A DNA stretch of 30,783 nucleotides from a virus (lineage: Duplodnaviria; Caudoviricetes), in IMG/VR virus record IMGVR_UViG_3300032244_000032, positions 1 through 30,783 of that record; one strand, 5' to 3'. Numbering within the stretch: the first letter of the stretch is position 1; each line of letters opens with the position of its first letter. Made by a program: the position numbers and the translations under genes. Under the pieces are notes generated by a model. That model was not told the origin of the DNA and ran no database searches. It worked only from the letters and a program-made list of their open reading frames with translations. Positions 15,775-22,972 of this stretch are shown here, in pieces.

Positions 15775-16383
15775 TTATTTTTCTACTTTCGTTGAGAACT
15801 GACAGTGAGCGGTCATACCACATCTATACTGACAGTTATTTGTATTAGGAAGAAATATACCAGACTTTCTGGCTTTATCAAAGTTTTGTGCAAGGTAGTC
15901 CATCTTGTCACTAGTGTAGGTTGATAGATCAACCATCGAACTTGTGCCTGACTGACGTGCCATCCAGTATGTACCCAAATTGATTTCAACCCCAAAGACT
16001 CTTTCAAGTCCCACCTTATAGAAACCAAGTTGAAGCGCACTAGAAGGGGTTTGTTGAGAGGTTTTCAAGTCAACAACAACAAGTTGTCCATCGACTTCAA
16101 ACACCCTGTCAATCACCATCTTGACTGGCACGCCAGCAAAGTCAGGCATCAACGCTAACTCGATTGCTGGATTACCATCAGGTGTCTTCCAGATTTTCCA
16201 GTTAGGATTGTTCTTGCGCCAAGCGATGTAACTATCTACCCACTTGGAACCTTCTGCTTCCCACCATACGGCATCTTCTTTGTCAGGGTTTGCCTTAGTG
16301 GATCGACCACCCACACGTGCTTTGCTTAGGTCTAAGTCTTTTGTTTCCTTGAGCCAGGCAAGATCCCAGTATGTATTACTCAT
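15775..16383 (-). CDS. Cas4/RecB-like PD-(D/E)xK exonuclease, catalytic C-terminal part
   Basis: IE...IDRVF...VVVDLKTS...QLGFY; C-terminal CQYRCGMTAHC. Confidence 0.85.
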   Translation of the reverse strand: MSNTYWDLAWLKETKDLDLSKARVGGRSTKANPDKEDAVWWEAEGSKWVDSYIAWRKNNPNWKIWKTPDGNPAIELALMPDFAGVPVKMVIDRVFEVDGQLVVVDLKTSQQTPSSALQLGFYKVGLERVFGVEINLGTYWMARQSGTSSMVDLSTYTSDKMDYLAQNFDKARKSGIFLPNTNNCQYRCGMTAHCQFSTKVEK

Positions 16384-16567
16384 TCTCTAGGTCCCACATT
16401 TCTGCTGCGTAATGGAATGCCTTACCCCCTGCGGACCACACAGATGGTTGCTCAGGGATGGATAGTAGTCTTGATAGATAGTACATATACCCACAGTCAA
16501 TGTAGGTAGTCAGTGCTGAGTAGCTGATGTGTTCGGGTATCTCATACCCTTCAAGTTCAATTGTCAT
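16376..16567 (-). CDS. Cas4/RecB-like exonuclease, N-terminal part
   Basis: HISYSALTTYIDCGYMYYL...GKAFHYAAE is the canonical N-terminal segment of this family; start ATG 16567. Confidence 0.8.
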   Translation of the reverse strand: MTIELEGYEIPEHISYSALTTYIDCGYMYYLSRLLSIPEQPSVWSAGGKAFHYAAEMWDLENE

Positions 16568-16573
16568 AACCGC

Positions 16574-16601
16574 AGTATACACCATCAGGTCTGTTGTACA
16601 A
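16574..16601 (-). promoter_or_regulatory. Sigma70-type promoter, probably leaderless transcript of the replication operon
   Basis: TTGTAC-N16-TATACT, then 6 nt to ATG 16567; no SD. Confidence 0.65.
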
Positions 16602-16614
16602 AGTTTAACAAAAC

Positions 16615-16643
16615 TTGTACTTATTGGATTGTATGTGTATACT
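16615..16643 (+). promoter_or_regulatory. Sigma70-type promoter, divergent partner
   Basis: TTGTAC (16615-16620)-N17-TATACT (16638-16643). Confidence 0.6.
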
Positions 16644-16720
16644 GGTATATAATATACTATATAAGACCCTCTATGGAGGGTCTATATAATATATATAATA
16701 TATATTATAAGGGGATAACT

Positions 16721-16870
16721 ATGCTTGAGATCGTCATTGGTGCTCTACTTGCTCTAGCGATTCGTGATCTATTATACGAGGTCATTGATCGAGTACAAAG
16801 TTTTATCTTTAGGAAACGCGAGGAACGATATCGCGATTTGTTAGATGAGTGGCTAGACGAAGAGATCTAA
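16721..16870 (+). CDS. Small membrane-anchored protein (49 aa)
   Basis: Start revised to ATG 16721 after GGGGA SD; MLEIVIGALLALAIRD...DEWLDEEI. Confidence 0.7.
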   Translation: MLEIVIGALLALAIRDLLYEVIDRVQSFIFRKREERYRDLLDEWLDEEI

Positions 16871-16876
16871 AACAAC

Positions 16877-16926
16877 AAAAGACCCCCTCGCCCTAGGTAA
16901 GTACCTAAGGTAAGGGGGTTTCTTGT
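16877..16926. terminator. Bidirectional intrinsic terminator
   Basis: AAAAGACCCCCT...AAGGGGGTTTCTTGT with inner CCTAGGTA-AG-TACCTAAGG, between convergent genes. Confidence 0.75.
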
Positions 16927-16959
16927 CTCTATGGGCCTGCTAGGCCCTTGAAATCGGTA

Positions 16960-17166
16960 TTATTCTGAGCCGAGTCCGTATTCTTTTTCGTTCTTATCTG
17001 CCCATTTAGCCAGTGGTGCAGCCAATGCGCCTATGAGAACAGCATACTCAGGACGTAGGTCTGTTAGCAAAGCGATACCCATTGTGATCCCTGCAGCGAG
17101 CAGGGCACGAAGGTATGACTTAACAGCAGCAACATCTTTGTCGCTCAGGTTGAATAGGTTTTTCAT
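16960..17166 (-). CDS. Putative holin
   Basis: 68 aa, two hydrophobic segments, charged C-terminus, directly after the endolysin. Confidence 0.7.
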   Translation of the reverse strand: MKNLFNLSDKDVAAVKSYLRALLAAGITMGIALLTDLRPEYAVLIGALAAPLAKWADKNEKEYGLGSE

Positions 17167-17609
17167 TTTGCTTCTTTCTTTGGTAGGGGTTTAACGGCAG
17201 CCTTTACTTTATTGGCAACTGTTGCTTTACCTAACCAAGGGAACCAAGGGGAAGTGTCATTCCCGCAGGCGTCCTTGATTGAAATATGGATGTGCTTGTT
17301 GTGTGGATTAGAACCTGTATATTCTCTGTCACCTTTTTCGGATGACCAAATCCTACCCTTGAAGATTAAATACTTCACACGCTTATCTGACTTTAAATGC
17401 TCATAAACTTCGTGGCAGTTGATCCCACCTAGTTTATCGTGAGTTAAGTCTACGGCAAAGCCTGTATTGTGGTCTGAGTTGGGACTCTGCGCTATGTGTG
17501 CTTTAGATGGGAGCAGCCCATCGGATGCTGTCTTCCTCTTCGGTCTCAACGCTGTTGCTTGTCGGAGCACAGACTTGGCAGCGGGAGTCGCAGTCTTGGC
17601 AATAGTCAT
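17163..17609 (-). CDS. Putative endolysin (Zn peptidase, M15/LAS-like)
   Basis: SDHNTGFAVD (H-x6-D) and HNKHIHISI (HxH); lies in the lysis cassette. Confidence 0.7.
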   Translation of the reverse strand: MTIAKTATPAAKSVLRQATALRPKRKTASDGLLPSKAHIAQSPNSDHNTGFAVDLTHDKLGGINCHEVYEHLKSDKRVKYLIFKGRIWSSEKGDREYTGSNPHNKHIHISIKDACGNDTSPWFPWLGKATVANKVKAAVKPLPKKEAK

Positions 17610-17615
17610 TGTCGC

Positions 17616-17813
17616 TCACTTCTTTTGAATCAAGATTTGGTAAAGAATCTCTACTTTTTCCTCAAGTCTTATGACAGAATCTTTCATTGAACTGCCACCA
17701 TTTGGCTTAAGTTCATTGAGATAGTGCTTAACTAGCCAGCGTACTAAACCAGCAAATGCTGTAACGATAGCAATGAGAGCAACTATAAGCGATGCCCAGT
17801 TGGTGTATGTCAT
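17616..17813 (-). CDS. Membrane protein of the lysis cassette
   Basis: One TM segment, ELKPNGGSSMKD motif, short coiled coil. Confidence 0.7.
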   Translation of the reverse strand: MTYTNWASLIVALIAIVTAFAGLVRWLVKHYLNELKPNGGSSMKDSVIRLEEKVEILYQILIQKK

Positions 17814-20056
17814 TAGACTGTCCTTATGGTTATTTCGATAACTCCACCGAAGCCATCAAATCGCTTGTCTGGTGGGGTCATACGGGTGAATGTAATTTGC
17901 TCAATAATTGCTTGACGTGATTCAGCAGTAGTCAAATCTTGCCACGTAAGCACGTCACCAGATTCTTCAATTTCTTCTAGTAAACTGATACGCTCAGATG
18001 CTCTGCCTTCATAGCCAACCATTGTGTTATAGCGGTCTGTCTCTACGTCAAAGCAGTAAACAGGAAAGCGCATTACGCGCTGACGTGGGGTAGCAATAGT
18101 AGCCTTTGCTTGGTAGCCCTTGAATATAGGACCCAAACTCGTGGTTGTAGTATCACGACTTAAGACAAACTTATATGCAACATACTCTTGAGCAGTTGCT
18201 GGTGTAGATGTGGTAACTTCTACTGGACTAACAGTCCCATCATATGTGATGTGGTCATACTCTGTGCCATCTTTGTCTACAGTTTCTAGAACCATAGAGC
18301 CATAGGTAAAGTCACCGCGTCCAAGAAGACGCTTAAAGTTCTTAGGCTCTAGTGTTCCATAGCGAATATAGCCAGTAGTTATAAATCCAGTAGACGCTAG
18401 TGTAGATGCTGACTCAAGATATATTGCACCATCTGTTGTTTCATATGCAGTGCAAAATGCAAGTCTATTAGTTGTTCCAAGAAATGCAACACCTGTTGTA
18501 TAGTGCTCTGCGCTCTGTGTTACTTGTAGATCCTTGGCATAAGCAAAGCGTAAAGGTTCTAGTTCGTTACCAAGGTCAATACGGTATAGACCAGCATCTA
18601 ATGCACCAATACCTGCAGCGCACCAGATAAACCTGTCACGTGCAGCAAAGTCGTAGCAAGGTTGAGTAGTTTCTACGATGAGTGGGCCATAGCTGATTGA
18701 ACCATCTTGATCGGAGACTGTAGCGGCGCGGATACCTTTGTTGGTTCCTATCATCATATAACCTAGGTAGTAATATAATTTTTCAACTATCTCACCAGCA
18801 GGTAACTCTGCAGCCACTACTGCTGATGTAAGGGTAGGCATAACACCAGCTGTTGAAAGCGTATATTTTTGAATTGTTGAATATATTCCTGAGTGTCCAG
18901 CAGTATAGATGGCAGGACCAGAGGCAGCCACGCTTGTGTAATGATATTCAGTATTAGGGTTAGTGTATATAGCAGCAGGTAAAGCAGTAGCCGTTGTTGT
19001 TACTTCAAAAACTTTATTATTAACACAAAGAACAATTCGGTCTTTAACAAATTCCATTGTTGCATAAATAATTTCGGTATCACCACTTTGAAACATCTGG
19101 GTAACGTCACCAGTTGCAGATGGGTTAGATGAACCAGTAATTGAGTCACCCGATAATGGTTTCTTAAACATAGTAAGACGTTGATTACCGCCTACTGTCT
19201 TATTAGTTATCCAATAGGCATTAACACCATCATCGCAGATGGCGTGTACCTTGCGGTCTGTGCCAGAAATGTAGTCAATAAAGTGAATTACTGGATTAGT
19301 CACACCAGTGCCAACTGGAGATACAGCAGTAGAAGTTACGTTAGATGCAGTCTTAGCGTAGGTAAAAGTAGTTGTTGTTGGCACGGTTGTAATGCGGTAC
19401 TCACCATTGAATGTAGCATCTACATCTGTAACTGTAATAGTCATACCAACTGTAAGCCCGTGCGCTGCAGAAGTAGTAAGGGTTGCTATGTTAGAAGTTA
19501 AAGCCTTGTTGCTAATAGATACAGTAATTGCTGGGTAAATTTTATCTACGTCAAACTCATCGTGTAATAACACACCATTTGTGCTACTCCATTGAATAGA
19601 ACGTACGTGTTGATTAGGGTGTTGATGGTCTGTACCAGTTACAGCACCAGTAGTCTGATGCGTGTCAACCACATCTTTAAGTAAAGTTACTTGACCTTTG
19701 GTCCAGACATCTACGTTCTTGCTGTCTGTAAACCTATGTGCAACTGTCTCGCCTGCCGATGGATCATAGAACTTAATGCCTTCGCCACCGTGAAAGGATG
19801 ATTGACTTCTTAGCCACCAGCCAGTAAGTGATTGCTCACCTGGCTCTGCTCCGTTATCAAACTGGTCTTTCTTGTAAGGTGCAGTCTGGCGGATATATGG
19901 ACGTGCATCATTGATTGCATAGATGAATGGCAATCCACCTATTGCTACATCATATGCAACGTCAGTGTTCTGCCAGATGGCAGTAGATGAAACTACACCT
20001 ACGTCAACTGCAATCGCACGTTCAGCACGACCTTCGGTAATATCACGACCAGCCAC
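17813..20056 (-). CDS. Virion tail protein (nozzle / tail tubular B-like, beta-rich)
   Basis: 747 aa, GTG start after AAGGAG; beta-propeller-like composition; last gene of the tail block. Confidence 0.6.
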   Translation of the reverse strand: MAGRDITEGRAERAIAVDVGVVSSTAIWQNTDVAYDVAIGGLPFIYAINDARPYIRQTAPYKKDQFDNGAEPGEQSLTGWWLRSQSSFHGGEGIKFYDPSAGETVAHRFTDSKNVDVWTKGQVTLLKDVVDTHQTTGAVTGTDHQHPNQHVRSIQWSSTNGVLLHDEFDVDKIYPAITVSISNKALTSNIATLTTSAAHGLTVGMTITVTDVDATFNGEYRITTVPTTTTFTYAKTASNVTSTAVSPVGTGVTNPVIHFIDYISGTDRKVHAICDDGVNAYWITNKTVGGNQRLTMFKKPLSGDSITGSSNPSATGDVTQMFQSGDTEIIYATMEFVKDRIVLCVNNKVFEVTTTATALPAAIYTNPNTEYHYTSVAASGPAIYTAGHSGIYSTIQKYTLSTAGVMPTLTSAVVAAELPAGEIVEKLYYYLGYMMIGTNKGIRAATVSDQDGSISYGPLIVETTQPCYDFAARDRFIWCAAGIGALDAGLYRIDLGNELEPLRFAYAKDLQVTQSAEHYTTGVAFLGTTNRLAFCTAYETTDGAIYLESASTLASTGFITTGYIRYGTLEPKNFKRLLGRGDFTYGSMVLETVDKDGTEYDHITYDGTVSPVEVTTSTPATAQEYVAYKFVLSRDTTTTSLGPIFKGYQAKATIATPRQRVMRFPVYCFDVETDRYNTMVGYEGRASERISLLEEIEESGDVLTWQDLTTAESRQAIIEQITFTRMTPPDKRFDGFGGVIEITIRTV

Positions 20057-20111
20057 GTTACTCCTTAATTAAATGTATTTATTTTAGAACAGTTACCGCA
20101 GTCTTTACACA

Positions 20112-21161
20112 TTAGCCAACGTAACGAATTACTACTAGTCCTGAACCGCCTGCTCCGCCAGCGTAGGCTGTTGTTGTACTAGTGCAAGCACCACCACCAC
20201 CAGCGCCTGTATTTGCAGTTGCTGCTGCTCCAACTGTGTTTAAAGCAGAACCTGCTGGTGCACCAAAATTATTTGCAGTACCATTTCTAATGTTTCCACC
20301 ACCAGCAACCGCTCTCCCCCAAACATTTACTCCAAAACCACTTTGTGTGCCAGTTCCAGCACCGCCGCCTGTATACCCAGTAATACCAACAGTAGTTGGT
20401 GAACCCCCACCACCTACGCTGGTAGGAAGACCATTAAATGGTCCGCCAACGCGGTCCGAAGCAGAACATCCAAAACCACCACCTGCTCCAGCAGTAGATG
20501 AAGCACTTGCTCCATCACCACCGCCAGATGCTCCAGTTAGTCCACCAGTCTGCGCTGCTGCTCCACCGCCACCACCGCCGCCACCAGCGGCAGTTACGTA
20601 TGTTGTAGATGATGTATTTCCAACTATTGAAGATGTATTACCATTTCCACCTTTATTTCCAGCAGTGCCACCTGCACCTGCAGCACCAATTGTAATATTT
20701 AAAGTTGTATCACCTGAAATTAAAAAGTATTTTTCTACTACTTGACCAGCACCTCCACCACCGCCAGAGTTTGTTGCAGTTCCAGTAGATGAGGCACCAC
20801 CGCCACCACCTGAACCAACACACAATGCCCAAATACCTGTGACACCTGTAGGGATTGTGTATGAAGCGTTAGTTGATGTAAAGACAACTTCTTTAAGTTG
20901 ACCACCTGCAGGCGTAGCCCAACTAGGAATTCCTGATGCAACTGTGAGTACTTGTGCGGTACTTCCAATGCCAAGTCTGGCTGGAGTGTTAGCGCTAGAT
21001 GCATAGTAAATATCACCTGTAGTTGTAAGGGTAGACTTTGCAGTCTTTGCATCTACTTGTGTCTGCACAGCAGAAGTTACGCCATCTAGGTAGCCTAGTT
21101 CAGTAGCATCTACTGCTCCTAGGGCTGTACCTGCGTTGGCTAGGTCACGTGCTTTACTCAT
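20112..21161 (-). CDS. Glycine-rich tail fibre / receptor-binding protein
   Basis: ATELGYLDGVTSAVQTQ and TGDIYYASSANTPARL fibre modules, then a Gly-rich domain ending GGSGLVVIRY. Confidence 0.75.
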   Translation of the reverse strand: MSKARDLANAGTALGAVDATELGYLDGVTSAVQTQVDAKTAKSTLTTTGDIYYASSANTPARLGIGSTAQVLTVASGIPSWATPAGGQLKEVVFTSTNASYTIPTGVTGIWALCVGSGGGGGASSTGTATNSGGGGGAGQVVEKYFLISGDTTLNITIGAAGAGGTAGNKGGNGNTSSIVGNTSSTTYVTAAGGGGGGGGAAAQTGGLTGASGGGDGASASSTAGAGGGFGCSASDRVGGPFNGLPTSVGGGGSPTTVGITGYTGGGAGTGTQSGFGVNVWGRAVAGGGNIRNGTANNFGAPAGSALNTVGAAATANTGAGGGGACTSTTTAYAGGAGGSGLVVIRYVG

Positions 21162-21171
21162 TAGTTATCCT

Positions 21172-21402
21172 TTACTTAGATAGTGCTGCGATTTCGTCAG
21201 CAGACAAACCTAATGCTGCTAACTTTGCTGATGCTGATGCTTTGGCTGCAGCAGTTGCTGCTGCCTCTGCTTCTTGTGCTGCTCTAAACTCTGCTGCTGT
21301 TGCAGCATCTATTTCGCGCTGAGCAATTTCTTCTTCTGTAAGTGGGCGCTCTATAACTTCGCCTGTCTCGCAGTTTACTTCTAGTGCCATTGGTGTTGTC
21401 AT
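21172..21402 (-). CDS. Small tail-fibre-associated protein
   Basis: VNCETGEVIERPLTEEE...KLAALGLSADEIAAL; sits among fibre genes. Confidence 0.65.
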   Translation of the reverse strand: MTTPMALEVNCETGEVIERPLTEEEIAQREIDAATAAEFRAAQEAEAAATAAAKASASAKLAALGLSADEIAALSK

Positions 21403-21411
21403 TGTTTCTCC

Positions 21412-21930
21412 TTATGAGTTCTTGATGCCGTAAAGGGTTGCTGATGAGTGTTGTTGAAATGTATATCCACTTCGTTGATGAATAGTAAAAGCGTTAATTG
21501 CAGCAGTGCCAGTCCATAAATTGTCTGCTAATTGTGCAACCGCAAAACTAGCATTGTTTTCTGAAACAGAATCAGTAGAAAAAGTTTTTTGATTACTGCT
21601 AGTATAATTAGGTATATATATACTTACGTTGCTAAAAGTATTAGCAGTTGCACCAGAAGTAGGAATGTAAATATAAGTATAATTTGTAGAACTTGATGCG
21701 TTAGTTCCGTTACCTTGCAAAATTCTTCCTGTGTTATTGACAGCAGCGCCTTGTCCGTTAAAACCTAATTCAACCCAAGAATTGCTACCACTATTTGGGT
21801 CGTTAGAAAAACGACCAGAAAACTTAATACATAAATCTGTATATGTTTGAGGTATACTTGTAAATGCAAGTGAACTAGCCCCACCAGCACCAACAGTTAC
21901 GGTAGCAATTTTAATAAATGTATTAGCCAT
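21412..21930 (-). CDS. Tail-associated beta-sandwich protein, paralogue 3
   Basis: IATVTVGAGGASSLAFTSIPQTYTDL...SATLYGIK. Confidence 0.7.
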   Translation of the reverse strand: MANTFIKIATVTVGAGGASSLAFTSIPQTYTDLCIKFSGRFSNDPNSGSNSWVELGFNGQGAAVNNTGRILQGNGTNASSSTNYTYIYIPTSGATANTFSNVSIYIPNYTSSNQKTFSTDSVSENNASFAVAQLADNLWTGTAAINAFTIHQRSGYTFQQHSSATLYGIKNS

Positions 21931-22400
21931 TATGCCGCCTTTATTCCATAAAGGGTTGCTGTTCCATTAGTAAAAGTTGCACTAGAAAGAACAAAGTCAA
22001 CTCTATTTATTGCTGCCGTGCTTTTCCATAATTGTGCGCCAGTGGTAGTAGTTGCATCATAAGCCCCTGCGCGTGAAAGAGATGTTTTATAAGTTGTTGT
22101 ATTAGAATAATTTTGTATATTTATAAGAGCAGTATCTTCATCCGCACCAGAACCACCTGATATTACAAAAATCCAAGCCTCTCCATATCTTGCAAGCGCA
22201 ACACCACTGCCATTACCCCATAAAAGAGTTGTTTGGTAATTGGCAGTGTCGCCATTATATTGTAATTTCATAATTGCTCCAGGTACAACACCTCTTACAA
22301 CTGCATACAAATCTGTATATGTTTGAGGAATAGATGTAAAACTAACACTACCCGCACCTGATAATGATTGAGTTGCTATTGGTTCAAAAGTTGTTGGCAT
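21930..22400 (-). CDS. Tail-associated beta-sandwich protein, paralogue 2
   Basis: IATQSL...SVSFTSIPQTYTDL...TATLYGIK. Confidence 0.7.
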   Translation of the reverse strand: MPTTFEPIATQSLSGAGSVSFTSIPQTYTDLYAVVRGVVPGAIMKLQYNGDTANYQTTLLWGNGSGVALARYGEAWIFVISGGSGADEDTALINIQNYSNTTTYKTSLSRAGAYDATTTTGAQLWKSTAAINRVDFVLSSATFTNGTATLYGIKAA

Positions 22401-22972
22401 TATTTTATCCCATACAGAGCAAAAGATGAATACTGTGTAAAACTTCCACTATCAGTAGCAAGAGTTAAACTGGTAATTGCTGCTGTGTTTAACCACAATC
22501 CTGAAGTAAAACCTATTCGGCTGCTAGTAGTATTTTGGTCTTGACCATTAAGTGAGCGAGTAACTTTATATTTGTTTGTATTTGCATAATCTAAAATATC
22601 TATAATGGCTACTCCAAATGTATTTGCAAGAGCAGGTGCACCTGTAATTATAGATGAACCTCCTATAGCATTGTTAGAACCTGTGTAACCTGTTACTCCT
22701 GCTGCTGTTGCGGATGCCCCACTACTTATTATGTAGTGACCAGCATAGTTTGTACCGTTATCAGAGTTCATCATTATTGTCATATTGTTTCTATCAGAAG
22801 CAGAACTACATCTTGCAAATACTCTTATTTGTAAATGAGAATATGTGCTAGGAATAGAACTAAAACTAATACTAGATGAACCACCAGAGCCTACCGTTAC
22901 AGTTGAAATAGATTGAAAATCGCCAGGTAGCGTTACAAACGAACCAACTAAAGCGCCTAGAACACCACTCAT
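22400..22972 (-). CDS. Tail-associated beta-sandwich protein, paralogue 1
   Basis: Start revised to ATG 22972 (TAATG coupling); ISTVTVGSGGSSSISFSSIPSTYSHL...FALYGIK. Confidence 0.7.
   Translation of the reverse strand: MSGVLGALVGSFVTLPGDFQSISTVTVGSGGSSSISFSSIPSTYSHLQIRVFARCSSASDRNNMTIMMNSDNGTNYAGHYIISSGASATAAGVTGYTGSNNAIGGSSIITGAPALANTFGVAIIDILDYANTNKYKVTRSLNGQDQNTTSSRIGFTSGLWLNTAAITSLTLATDSGSFTQYSSFALYGIK

Noticed and set aside
15775-16567. CRISPR-Cas system
   Set aside because: A stand-alone Cas4-like nuclease is common in phages; no cas1, cas2 or array is present.
16529-16720. N-terminal extension of ORF 16529-16870
   Set aside because: It runs through promoters and the AT tract; the SD supports a start at 16721.
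20182-20745. Proline-rich 187-aa + strand ORF
   Set aside because: Antisense mirror of Gly codons in the fibre gene.
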